From a virus (taxonomy: Duplodnaviria > Caudoviricetes), in IMG/VR virus record IMGVR_UViG_3300003690_002946, positions 1 to 57,482 of that record: a stretch of 57,482 nucleotides of DNA; one strand, given 5' to 3'. The notes under the pieces were generated by a model. It saw only the letters and a list, made by a program, of their open reading frames with translations. It had not been told where the DNA came from and did no database searches. Both the position numbers and the translations under genes were made by a program. Shown piece after piece: positions 26,033-35,746 of the stretch. Within the stretch, counting starts at the first letter, position 1; every line of letters begins with the position of its first letter.

Positions 26033-29000
26033 CTTCTTTCGTCGTCAGGCTACCCCGCGTGCCGCGCGGTCGGCTCAGGGCGTGGGTGATGCCCTGGGTG
26101 CCAAGAAGCGGCTGGAGCGCATGGCCCTGGAAGCCAATGATGCTGCGTTCTTTGACCTGGAGCGGGTACAGACAAAGCTCCAGGCAGCAACGGACAAGGC
26201 TAACGTGGCCGCAGTGACGGGACTTGACGACATCAAGGCCTTCCTGACCCGGCAGTCCGAGGAGGCCGATGCGGCGATGGGTGCTGGTAGCTATACGCCC
26301 GTAGCGCCTGACCAAGCAGTCCCCTTGCCTCCCGTAAACCCACCCAGCCAACCTGTCGTACCCGAACTACCTGCGCCGCAACTTGGTGCTGCGGCGCAAG
26401 TGCCAGCCGTAGCAGAAGCACCATTGGTAGCGGAACCGCAGCTTGGTGCCACCCCATCACAACCTGGCGTTCCTGGGCCTGTGGTCACGATGCCACCTGC
26501 CCAGGAAGCGCCTCGCGGCGAGTCGGTTATCTGGCCAATCAAGGGCCAGACTCGCGAGCAGGCCAGGATCACCACACCGTTTGGTGGCGAACAAATCACG
26601 ACGGCTGGGTATAGCGGCCTGCCAGACAAGAACTTGGGCGTGGACATCGCAGCTCCAATGGGCACCGCCATTATCAGCCCCGTGACGGGGACTATCGAGC
26701 TTGCGGGTGATGCGAAAGACATAGGGCTGCATCCAGGCTATGGCCTGACCATTATGGTACGGGCCAAGGATGGTAGCAAGTGGCGGTTCTCGCATCTGAG
26801 CCGGATTGATACCGCGTCAGGAGAGGCCGTCAGCGCGGGCATGTCCCTGGGTGCCACTGGACAGTCAGGCAATGCCACGGGACCGCACCTTGACCTGGAA
26901 TACTACACGGCGGAGGGGGAGATCACCGACCCCCTCCCGCTCTTCACGACAGCACCCGTTGCGTCCTTACCCAGCGCATCCGGTGCTACCACAACCCCCA
27001 CGCTCCCCGGCTCCGGGGAGGTTATATCTCCTTTCCTCCCCGGGGTAGACATTCCTGAGCAACCAGCAGCCAGTCGGGTTACTGCCGAGCCTGCCCCTGA
27101 TCTCCGGCAACAGGCTCAGGTAGGCGCCTTTGGTGGGGAGGCCAATCTTGGCCTTGTCGAGCAGCAACAGGCTCGTGATGCGGAGCGAGTGCGCCAGCAG
27201 CAGGCAGCCGCAGCCAAAGCGTGGTTGGGCCGAGCACTCCAGCGACCATCAGCCGAGGCGGTTGCAGCAGGACAAGAAGCCATCACTGGTGGAGTTCGAG
27301 TCAGTCTCCCTTGGATGGAAGGGGATATAGCCTTTGGTGGTGAAGGCGACGTAGAAGCTAGTCCCGCAGTGCGTCTGAGTCAGGAACGCATCCAACGCCT
27401 GCTACCCGATATTCAGCGTGACTGGGCCAAGAAAGACTGGCGTACACTGTCGTGGAACTTGTTTCAACTTGCAGTAGAGCCTCTTGATCTACCCTTTGGT
27501 CTGACAGCACAAACACTCATGGGTGATCCTCGGCAGTGGCCAAGTCAGAAAGCCTACGATCAAAACTTGCAGCAACTACAGACTACCTTAGAGATTGTCG
27601 ACGGGGTATTTTCCTTGGGTGTAGCACTCCCAGCTATTGTGCGAGGGGTGAAGGCTATCTCGCCAAAGGTCGCTCGACTGTATGGCCATCTCCGCCGTGG
27701 CGATGAGAATGCGTTGCGTGATCTTGTGACTCGTGCTCGCCAAGCCACCCAAGAAGGTGATGTGCATGAGCAAGTCCAGGCCCTAGCACGCCTGACTGAT
27801 GACGATGTGTCTCAGTTGATGATTGAGGCACGCAGTCTCGATGAGTTGACCGCTGGCCTGCTTGATCGGCTGTGGGACAATGTTCGTCGTGGGCAACGAG
27901 CCAGTGACCCATTAGAGATTGACCGTCTGGCTGATGAGCAGAACCGCATTCAGGCTGCGGTGAATGAACTGGTATCGGGCAAATCGCTGTCGGAGCGCAC
28001 GGTGCAAACGCTTATTGAGCAGAATGTTGGCCCACCTCGGTTGGCTGGAGCGGCAGACACAGAAGCAGGGAAACAGGCACTTCCAGGTCAACAACCAACC
28101 GCTGCTGACTGGACAGCAGAACTTAGGAAGGGCTTTGGCGCGACACGCAAGCCGCCACCAATAGATCCACCTCCTGCACCACCAACAGGTCTACCCCCAC
28201 ACCGTCCTCGTCCGCCCCTCATCAGAGACACAAAGGCTTTAGAGAAAGTCCAAGCGGTAGGTCGAACTCAAGCACCACGCATTACCCTTAAGGAACTAAC
28301 TGATCGTGGTACTGAGAGACTCTTCGATTCCTATTGGCGCTTGAAACGCTTGGAAAGAGCAGCCAGAGCCGTTGATCCAAGAGCACCTGAGCCTTGGAAG
28401 CGAGCGATTGCTTTTGCGGGAACACAAGGAAGAACGCAGATCATCTTGGATAAAGGGCCAGAGAGTTTGGGGGCAATCTTGCGGGGTGCTGGCAAACAGG
28501 GGATCACGACCAACGACATTGACGACTTGATGATTGCCTTGCAAGTCCAGGAATTAGCAGCCCAAGGGTACCGCAATCCTTTGGGTCTCACGGCTATGAC
28601 CGGAGCCGATGCGGTTGAGTTGCTTCGCCAACGCTTAGGGGAACCACAGTTCAAGTTGTTGCGAGACTCGGTGAACCGTATTTACCGCTGGCAGGATCGG
28701 GAATTGCTGGAAGCAACTCGTGGGGGTCTGCTGAGTAGCAACCAGATTACTCGTATCCGTGCAGACAACCAGAATTACTATCCTCATTATGTGTTGGACT
28801 TTGACGCAAAAACTCAGGGCCAAAACGTGAGCCGTGGCAGCAACTTGTTCTCAGTCAACTCATCCGATGTCATGGCGCGAGCAGGCAGCGACCGCGATGT
28901 TGCACGTCCTCTGGAGGCATTGACTCGTCGCGCATACCAACGGTTGGCCCATATTGAGCAGAACCAGGTTGCAACAGATGTCGTTGATTCACTAAAGTTG

Positions 29001-31199
29001 CTCGATGATCCCGACAATCCTGTCCTCGTTATCCCTGATACCGGCACCAATCTAGGTCCAGAGTATGACACGCTCTCGCGGCTTGTGGATGGGAAGAAGG
29101 AAACTTACTGGGTGCCCAAAGGGATTGCGGCTGCCGCAAAGCAACTCGATGCGGAGTCAATGGGCACTGCGATGCGGGTGGTAAGCAAGATCAATCAGGT
29201 TTCCCGTCTGTCGTATACCGGCTTGAACCCAAACTTTATTACCCGGAACCCGGTACGAGATATAATGGATGCATTCTACCGAGAAGGGTTGTTTCCGTTA
29301 GGCTATCACCATCTGCGGGGGTTATTCGGGGCACTTGTCCAAAATGCTGACTGGGAAGAGTATTTCCGCTCTGGAGCCGCAATGGGCGGCTTTCTCGAAT
29401 CATCGGTCAATCCCAAGACCATACGTCAGTTGTCTCAGGGTCGAGTTGCACGGGTACTTGATCCTGGAGAAGTGGGACGACTAGGTATTCCAGGCCGAGT
29501 GATAACCTTTGCGCCAAGCAAGGTCAAGGATTTCCTGATCCATGTCAATACTATCCTGGAGCAAGGCACCAAGATTGGTGTACACCTCCAGAAGAGTGGT
29601 CGCGCTCCTGGACCACGACTACCTGGCCCATTACGGGGAGCCATTGGTGGTCCAGAAGCAGAGACGCCACTTGGCGCAGTTGTTGCATCACGCTTTGGCT
29701 CAGGAGTAGATTTTGGGAATGGTGGTTCTCTTGTTAAGTCGCTGAATCCATTGAGCCTATTCCTGAATGCCCAGGTCCAAGGCTCATACAATGTAATTGA
29801 ACCGCTAACACAACGAGGTGGTCCAGAACGAGCACGAGCCTTATTTCGTTTAGGCTTGTTGGCATCCGCAGCATCAGCCGTTTATTATCATAACCGACAA
29901 TTTGTTCGTGAAGATGGACAGCCTTGGTACAATGATATTCCACTCCATGAGCGCATGGGAAACATTATTTTGATGTTTGGGACCACGATTGATGAAAGTG
30001 GCCGTGAAATCCCGCACTATGCCCGTTTAGCAAAAGGCGAAGCAGTGCGAATTGCCTGGAATCTGATTGAGCATGGACTGAAATGGGCTGATGGCTCGCA
30101 ACAAGCTGGGGTTGCAGAAGCACTGTTGCAATGGGGACGTGGCTCTGCTCCACTCGCTGAAGGTAATCCACTTCCACCATTTATCTCAGCACCAATGGAG
30201 TTGGCGTCTAACTATGACACCTTCCGTGGGATGCCTATTGAGTCTGCTCGTGTAAGAACTCTTCCGGTTAATCAGCGTGTATATGCCAGCACAACGGAGC
30301 CAGCGATTTCCATTGCCCAACTTCCTGTGATTAGAGGGCGTCTATCCCCAATCCAGATTGATTGGATTATTAACCGGATGCATGGTGACACAGGCCGCAC
30401 AGCTATGCGGTCCCTCGAAGCTGCGGGACGGGAAGCAGGGGTGTATGCTCCGGCAACACGGGAACCATCAGCAGAGATAGCTCGTAGTCGCATTCCCGTC
30501 TTGGGCGGCATCTACGCTGCGAGTGGTGGCTATATTGATGAACTGACTCGCCGCGAGCAAGAACAGACACGCGAAGCCGCAGTGATTGCTGCGCTACTGA
30601 CGCGTGAACAGAGTTCTACATTTCAAGCGCTCAGTCCCAGTGCTCAATTAACAGACAAAGTACGTCTTGCCACTTACATAGATGCTCAGGTAGCGGCACT
30701 ACTTGATCCTACATATAGTCCTACTGAACGAATAGAAGGTCTGCGAAAATATAGTGGGAGCAAGTCGGCACGTGAAGACTTGGAGAATGATCGTCTTATC
30801 AATCGTTATAATGCGTGGAGTGGAGGGCGAGGCCCAAAACCAAGTCGGCAAGACCGCGTGCGAGCCTTACGAGCACAAGCCTTTCTGAACCCTCGGTGGG
30901 TAATCCAGGACAAGCAGACTATCAAGGAATATGGCAGAATTGCCCGCAGCGCCATTACTCAAGCGTTGCAGGAGAATGAGTTAGCGCCAGGCGTGCGTCG
31001 TGATGTCGAAGACGCATTACGTGATGGTGAACGCCAGCCTGGGGACCGTGGCCTTGCTATCTTAGGAGGAACACCAACTCCAGGAGGGCTAGAAGGGCGA
31101 CCTGGGGATCGAGGGTACGCTATCTTGGAAGGCACACCAACTCCAAGAGGGATAGAAGGGCGGCCTGGGGACCGAGGGTACGCAATCTTGGGACGATAG
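26004..31199 (+). CDS. Large internal virion/ejection protein with M23 peptidase domain and LPD38-like C-terminal region
   Basis: GVDIAAPMGT, GYG, FSHL, GQSGNATGPHL (M23); LFLNAQVQG and MELASNYDTFRGMPI resemble LPD38-type large polyvalent proteins. Confidence 0.75.
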   Translation: MRQMMILSNSFFRRQATPRAARSAQGVGDALGAKKRLERMALEANDAAFFDLERVQTKLQAATDKANVAAVTGLDDIKAFLTRQSEEADAAMGAGSYTPVAPDQAVPLPPVNPPSQPVVPELPAPQLGAAAQVPAVAEAPLVAEPQLGATPSQPGVPGPVVTMPPAQEAPRGESVIWPIKGQTREQARITTPFGGEQITTAGYSGLPDKNLGVDIAAPMGTAIISPVTGTIELAGDAKDIGLHPGYGLTIMVRAKDGSKWRFSHLSRIDTASGEAVSAGMSLGATGQSGNATGPHLDLEYYTAEGEITDPLPLFTTAPVASLPSASGATTTPTLPGSGEVISPFLPGVDIPEQPAASRVTAEPAPDLRQQAQVGAFGGEANLGLVEQQQARDAERVRQQQAAAAKAWLGRALQRPSAEAVAAGQEAITGGVRVSLPWMEGDIAFGGEGDVEASPAVRLSQERIQRLLPDIQRDWAKKDWRTLSWNLFQLAVEPLDLPFGLTAQTLMGDPRQWPSQKAYDQNLQQLQTTLEIVDGVFSLGVALPAIVRGVKAISPKVARLYGHLRRGDENALRDLVTRARQATQEGDVHEQVQALARLTDDDVSQLMIEARSLDELTAGLLDRLWDNVRRGQRASDPLEIDRLADEQNRIQAAVNELVSGKSLSERTVQTLIEQNVGPPRLAGAADTEAGKQALPGQQPTAADWTAELRKGFGATRKPPPIDPPPAPPTGLPPHRPRPPLIRDTKALEKVQAVGRTQAPRITLKELTDRGTERLFDSYWRLKRLERAARAVDPRAPEPWKRAIAFAGTQGRTQIILDKGPESLGAILRGAGKQGITTNDIDDLMIALQVQELAAQGYRNPLGLTAMTGADAVELLRQRLGEPQFKLLRDSVNRIYRWQDRELLEATRGGLLSSNQITRIRADNQNYYPHYVLDFDAKTQGQNVSRGSNLFSVNSSDVMARAGSDRDVARPLEALTRRAYQRLAHIEQNQVATDVVDSLKLLDDPDNPVLVIPDTGTNLGPEYDTLSRLVDGKKETYWVPKGIAAAAKQLDAESMGTAMRVVSKINQVSRLSYTGLNPNFITRNPVRDIMDAFYREGLFPLGYHHLRGLFGALVQNADWEEYFRSGAAMGGFLESSVNPKTIRQLSQGRVARVLDPGEVGRLGIPGRVITFAPSKVKDFLIHVNTILEQGTKIGVHLQKSGRAPGPRLPGPLRGAIGGPEAETPLGAVVASRFGSGVDFGNGGSLVKSLNPLSLFLNAQVQGSYNVIEPLTQRGGPERARALFRLGLLASAASAVYYHNRQFVREDGQPWYNDIPLHERMGNIILMFGTTIDESGREIPHYARLAKGEAVRIAWNLIEHGLKWADGSQQAGVAEALLQWGRGSAPLAEGNPLPPFISAPMELASNYDTFRGMPIESARVRTLPVNQRVYASTTEPAISIAQLPVIRGRLSPIQIDWIINRMHGDTGRTAMRSLEAAGREAGVYAPATREPSAEIARSRIPVLGGIYAASGGYIDELTRREQEQTREAAVIAALLTREQSSTFQALSPSAQLTDKVRLATYIDAQVAALLDPTYSPTERIEGLRKYSGSKSAREDLENDRLINRYNAWSGGRGPKPSRQDRVRALRAQAFLNPRWVIQDKQTIKEYGRIARSAITQALQENELAPGVRRDVEDALRDGERQPGDRGLAILGGTPTPGGLEGRPGDRGYAILEGTPTPRGIEGRPGDRGYAILGR
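31038..31196 (+). repeat. 63-nt tandem repeat x2.5 (PGDRG.AIL.GTPTP.G.EGR)
   Basis: Units start at 31038, 31101 and 31164. Confidence 0.9.
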
Positions 31200-31213
31200 T
31201 AGGGAGAGAGTTA

Positions 31214-32767
31214 ATGGCACTTACACCAGACCAGGTTAAGCAGTTACAGCAATTACGGCAGGAGGATCCTGCTGAATATAGTGCCATGCTGACAAGGATG
31301 TCTGAAGATGGCGACCCGCAGTTTTTGGAGATCGTGAAACAGATAGGGGATGCACCTGTACGAGAGGGGACGATTGAGGGAGCAAGAGATAATGGCGTTC
31401 TCACTCCTCCTCCAGCAATTGTGGATGGTGATAGCCCCCAACTAAAGTTAGCCAAGCAACAAGCTGCCACAGCGTTCGAGGCGGCTCGTCGGGCGTTACA
31501 AGCGCAAGAGGAATTGTTTGCTGGAGAGGGCGAGCTTGATCCCTTCACGGCCTTCAATGTGCAGCAAGCATTCGCGTCTTATGCTCAGGCGCTAGGTGCA
31601 GTGCGGAGTGAAATCCGTTCGCCCGAGGAAAAGCGCGAGTTAAAACTGAAGATTGAACTGTTGGAGCAGCGGGTAGCAGCAGGACAACAGCCAGGTTTAC
31701 CACAAGAGACTGACGCACAAAGGGAGTTGCGGGAAGCTCAAGCTGGTGAGGCTGTAGCCAGAACAGGTGAGATCGAAGCGGGCTTGGAAGCAAAACTGGC
31801 ACGACAGAAGATACTTGCCAAGTTTAGCAAGGATTATAACGAACGACTCCAGGCATTGCAGGGCATCTCTGGGGAAGAGCTGGCCACAGCCTTGGATGCC
31901 TTGCGTCTGGAGTTTTCGGGCTTACTGGAAGACCCAGAGATGTTCATCAAGACGGTTGACTCCCTGATCGAGCGCGAGATAACCAAGCGTAAGGATGCTG
32001 CCGAGCGTGCACGGACGACCACAGGTGCAGAGACCGAGCGGCTGGGGGTTGCCCAGCGTGCGGTTCAGGAATACTTTGGTGGGTTTGGCGCGGCCACTGA
32101 CATGCAGGTTGGTGCCTTGAGGGGTCTTACACAAGGGATTGGCAAGGAGCGCACAGCCCAGATGCTAGGCGTGCAGCCGAATAACCCAGCGGTGTTTGCC
32201 CTGGGCAAGCTGATAAAGGAGCTGGGCAAGGGCGCGGATGAAGGGGTTTCCCCAGAGGCCACGCAACCTGCTGCCGTGTCTGCCCAGCCTGCTGTCGCGG
32301 GTACTGATCCTGCTGCTGCGGCTGAGGCTGATGGGTTCTTTGGGTTAGGCCCCGGTCAGAACATTCAACCAGATAGGATGACCCAGCCCCCCGCTGATGG
32401 GTTCTTTGGGCTAGGCCCCGGTCAGAACATTCAACCAGATAGGATGACCCCTGCCAACTCATCACAACCTGGCGTTCCTGGGCCTGTGGGCCCTATGCGA
32501 GACGTCAGTTCCAACCTGGCTCGTGGTGGGGGCAAGCCTCCTGAAGATGAGGACAAGATTACTATCGAGCGCAAGCCTGCTGGTGGTGGCACCGAGAAGT
32601 GGACCTATAATAAGAAGACTCCTGGTGGTGCTCGTGGTGGTGGCAACCCCTTCATGGGCATGTTCCCGCAGGCGGGTGCCGAGCAGCCGCCAATGGCTCC
32701 CAAGGATGGCTTGCGCCAGTTGTTGAAGCTGATTGATGACAAGCGTACTCCCTCGATAGTGGCATAG
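31214..32767 (+). CDS. Putative internal virion protein (coiled coil, low-complexity tail)
   Basis: Helical, A/Q/E-rich; lies between ejection gene and capsid module. Confidence 0.6.
   Translation: MALTPDQVKQLQQLRQEDPAEYSAMLTRMSEDGDPQFLEIVKQIGDAPVREGTIEGARDNGVLTPPPAIVDGDSPQLKLAKQQAATAFEAARRALQAQEELFAGEGELDPFTAFNVQQAFASYAQALGAVRSEIRSPEEKRELKLKIELLEQRVAAGQQPGLPQETDAQRELREAQAGEAVARTGEIEAGLEAKLARQKILAKFSKDYNERLQALQGISGEELATALDALRLEFSGLLEDPEMFIKTVDSLIEREITKRKDAAERARTTTGAETERLGVAQRAVQEYFGGFGAATDMQVGALRGLTQGIGKERTAQMLGVQPNNPAVFALGKLIKELGKGADEGVSPEATQPAAVSAQPAVAGTDPAAAAEADGFFGLGPGQNIQPDRMTQPPADGFFGLGPGQNIQPDRMTPANSSQPGVPGPVGPMRDVSSNLARGGGKPPEDEDKITIERKPAGGGTEKWTYNKKTPGGARGGGNPFMGMFPQAGAEQPPMAPKDGLRQLLKLIDDKRTPSIVA
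32327..32450 (+). repeat. 66-nt-period duplication (ADGFFGLGPGQNIQPDRMT x2)
   Basis: 58-nt near-identical copies at 32327 and 32393. Confidence 0.9.
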
Positions 32768-32777
32768 GAGACGGACG

Positions 32778-35687
32778 ATGCCAACATTCACACGAGAAGC
32801 AGGCCACCCAGATACCGCAACAGCGACTAACCTGGGGAATAACTACTGGCTTGAACGCAATCGCATTTACACCGCGGCTGGTCATTTCGTAGGAACGTTC
32901 AATTCGCTTGACCGCACGATTACTGGGCCAGATGGAACAGTAGTGGCCAGCGGATTATCACTGGAGTCAGCAGATGTTGGTGTTGCGCTCAATGGTCTCT
33001 ATGGGTTAGGCACAGCGGATGATAGCGATACGTGGACTCCTGGAAGTACGACTGACACTACCACTCAGGGCCTCTTGGACACACCTGAGCAGAAAGCACT
33101 TTGGCTAGAGTTCCGTGCCAGCGAACCCTTCGCTGGCTGGTCTCAGTTTGTCCAGTATGCAGCGGCTCGTGGTATGATTGTCCCTGCAACCACAGGTCCA
33201 CCTATGACTCTGGAAGAATTGGATGCCCTTGCAGGTGGTACTACACCACCTGTGACACAAGGCCAGTTCGAGTATATCCGTGATAGCCAGGGACGAGTGT
33301 GGCGGCTGAACCAGGCCATCTCTGATGTGAATGAGCTAACGGCAGAGATGATTGCCAACCAAGTTACTGACTCATCGGCCTTGCAGGGCGCATCCATTTT
33401 GCAGGGTACCTACCTCGATCCTTCAACGGGCCAGATCATTGCAGGTGATGCCGCGATTACGGAGAAGATCAACGCGGCTGTCGTTGGCGCGGGTCACACT
33501 ATTATCCCTGGGGGGGATGGGGGGGATGGGGATGGTGGCGCCTTTGGTAACTTATTCGACGTCAAGGGCTGGCCAGAGGGCAAATTAATCCAAGCCTTAG
33601 TGGACATGGGTTTCCCACCGGAGCTGGCCACGGTCAAGAATGGATTGATTGGTGGCTTTGGTGGTGCCTGGTGGCAGCTCTTCTTCCAAAACCTGGGGAA
33701 GATGGCTGAACTCACTGGGTTTACGGGCATTGGCGAAGACAAAGAGCCAACGATGGAACGCATCAAGATGTTGGCGGACATTGCGATGCAAGCCACCCGT
33801 GTCATGGCCATTGAAGCAGCGCAGACTGGCGCGTGGCGTCCGATAGAAAGCGTGAGCATCAACGATAATGGCTCGCTGAATATCGTCTATGGGACTGAAC
33901 CTGTCCAGACCATTGCCGCGAAGCGGTTGCAGCACGAGATTGATGCAGCAGCGCGTGAGGTGGCAGCGAACCCGTCTCGGTATGTGGAAGCGGAGCTGCT
34001 GCGTGGCTCTACTGGTATGCCGGTGGAGCCAGTGGCGCCTCCGGTGGAGCCAGTGGCGCCTCCGGTGGAACCAGTGGCGCCTCCGGTGGAACCAGTGGCG
34101 CCTCCAGTGGAGCCAGTGGCGCCTCCAGAGGGGCCAGTGGCGCCTCCAGTACCGCCTGATGATAAGCCACCAGGAGTCGTACATAATGCAGAATGGGACT
34201 TAGGGGGTGGCTTTTCTACTGGTGTAGGCACCCACTCTCGTGCTATACGTGACTTGCTCCTGAATGGCCAGAAGATCGGTACTCTCAAGCTCGATGACCA
34301 AGGCAACGGCTTCTACCTGCTCAGTATCTGGGATACACAGGGCAACGTCATTTCTGATAGGGTCGAGATAGCCAGGACTGGTGGCACCCAGACTGTTGCC
34401 CAGCTGGTGGCGTCCCGGTTCACCGTAGCGCAACGAGGAGGGTTTACTGCCACGCCTCCGGGCCCGGCGCAGTCTGTGCCTCCGGGCCCGGCGCAGCCTA
34501 CGAGAATAATCGAGACGCCTATATCGCCTGTGCCTCCGGGCCCGGCGCAGCCTACGAAAATAATCGAGACGCCTATATCGCCTGTGCCTCCGGACCCGAC
34601 TGATCCTACGAAAATAATCGAGACGCCTATATCGCCTGTGCCTCCGGACCCGACGCAGCCAGTGGCGCCGCCTCCGGTGGAACCAGTGGCGCACCGCCCG
34701 GTGGGGCCAGTGACGCCTCCTCCGGTGGGACCAGTGACGCCTCCAGTGGTGGGACCAGTGACGCCTCCTCCGGTGGGACCAGTGACGCCGCCTCCGGTGG
34801 AACCAGTGGCGCCCTGGCGGGTGGGGCCATTGCCAGGACCGGGGCCGTCGGACCCGACGCAGCATCCGCCTGTAGTGCCTGACGACCGCCCAGTAGGAGT
34901 CGTGCATAATTCGGTCTGGGATTTGGGTGGTGGCTTTTCTACTGGAGTGGGCACCCACTCCCGTGCTACACGTGACTTGCTCTGGAACGGCAAGAAGGTC
35001 GGCACCCTCAAGCTTGACGATCAAGGCAATGGGTTCTACAAGCTGAGTGTCTGGGACTTGACCGGCACTGTGCTTTCCGATGGGGTGTCGATAGCTCCAA
35101 GTAGTGGCACCCAGACTGTTGCTCAGATGGTGGCGGAACGGTTCACCGTAGCGCAACGAGGGATGGCCACGCCATCTGTCACCAAGAAATACGATGATCG
35201 CACACCCAGTACGTACCCGATCATGGAGCTCGCGGATACCTTCAGAACAAGCTATGACGACTCGACGAAGCTGGGCGCACCCGGCTCGGTGGTAGCCGCA
35301 TCAAAACAGGGCCAGGTGCCCTTGAGCACGGAAGCCGACGATGACGATGCCGCCAAGAAGCGGAAAGCCTTGCTGGAGCAGGATATTCGAGTGCCTGGGT
35401 TCATCACTTCCATCCGAGCAGGGAAGCAGATTCCAACTGCGGGCAGGATGACCACGCCATCTGTCACCAAGAAATACAAGGACATCGGCTTTGGTCGGAA
35501 GGACGTGGAGGGCTTCAACCTGCGTTCGCTTACCAATCTCTCTGACACCCAGAACAAGGTCTTGGGAAGCTTTATTCGTGCAAAGGGGGAGGTGAGCGAG
35601 GAGGATGCTGCGGGGATTATCAAGAGGGGTATGCCCAAGAAGCGGTCTGTGGTGTCTATGCAGCGTACCCGCTCGCGTGGCCGGTAG
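32778..35687 (+). CDS. Putative virion protein with Pro/Thr repeats and a duplicated ~95-aa domain
   Basis: AGGAG SD; repeats visible in translation. Confidence 0.75.
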   Translation: MPTFTREAGHPDTATATNLGNNYWLERNRIYTAAGHFVGTFNSLDRTITGPDGTVVASGLSLESADVGVALNGLYGLGTADDSDTWTPGSTTDTTTQGLLDTPEQKALWLEFRASEPFAGWSQFVQYAAARGMIVPATTGPPMTLEELDALAGGTTPPVTQGQFEYIRDSQGRVWRLNQAISDVNELTAEMIANQVTDSSALQGASILQGTYLDPSTGQIIAGDAAITEKINAAVVGAGHTIIPGGDGGDGDGGAFGNLFDVKGWPEGKLIQALVDMGFPPELATVKNGLIGGFGGAWWQLFFQNLGKMAELTGFTGIGEDKEPTMERIKMLADIAMQATRVMAIEAAQTGAWRPIESVSINDNGSLNIVYGTEPVQTIAAKRLQHEIDAAAREVAANPSRYVEAELLRGSTGMPVEPVAPPVEPVAPPVEPVAPPVEPVAPPVEPVAPPEGPVAPPVPPDDKPPGVVHNAEWDLGGGFSTGVGTHSRAIRDLLLNGQKIGTLKLDDQGNGFYLLSIWDTQGNVISDRVEIARTGGTQTVAQLVASRFTVAQRGGFTATPPGPAQSVPPGPAQPTRIIETPISPVPPGPAQPTKIIETPISPVPPDPTDPTKIIETPISPVPPDPTQPVAPPPVEPVAHRPVGPVTPPPVGPVTPPVVGPVTPPPVGPVTPPPVEPVAPWRVGPLPGPGPSDPTQHPPVVPDDRPVGVVHNSVWDLGGGFSTGVGTHSRATRDLLWNGKKVGTLKLDDQGNGFYKLSVWDLTGTVLSDGVSIAPSSGTQTVAQMVAERFTVAQRGMATPSVTKKYDDRTPSTYPIMELADTFRTSYDDSTKLGAPGSVVAASKQGQVPLSTEADDDDAAKKRKALLEQDIRVPGFITSIRAGKQIPTAGRMTTPSVTKKYKDIGFGRKDVEGFNLRSLTNLSDTQNKVLGSFIRAKGEVSEEDAAGIIKRGMPKKRSVVSMQRTRSRGR
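34020..34145 (+). repeat. 21-nt tandem repeat x6 (PVEPVAP)
   Basis: ccggtggagccagtggcgcct units. Confidence 0.95.
34479..34815 (+). repeat. 54-nt repeat x3 (PPGPAQPTRIIETPISPV) then 24-nt repeats (PPVGPVTP)
   Basis: Units at 34479, 34533, 34587; 24-nt units about 34671-34815. Confidence 0.92.
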
Positions 35688-35702
35688 CACAATGCTGGAT
35701 CA

Positions 35703-35713
35703 TGTGGTAGGCT
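35703..35713 (+). promoter_or_regulatory. Extended -10 element (TGTGGTAGGCT) upstream of scaffold/capsid genes
   Basis: Same TGTGGTAnnnT form as at 1425 and 49133. Confidence 0.45.
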
Positions 35714-35746
35714 GTTACATAGGTGTAAGGACAGGAGTCCCATATA

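Noticed and set aside
33510-33538. G-run cluster as a G-quadruplex or phase-variation site
   Set aside because: Explained by GGDGGDGDGG coding; runs are short
34020-34815. Regular repeats that could suggest a CRISPR array
   Set aside because: Units are contiguous, multiples of 3 and in frame within a CDS; no unique spacers and no cas genes
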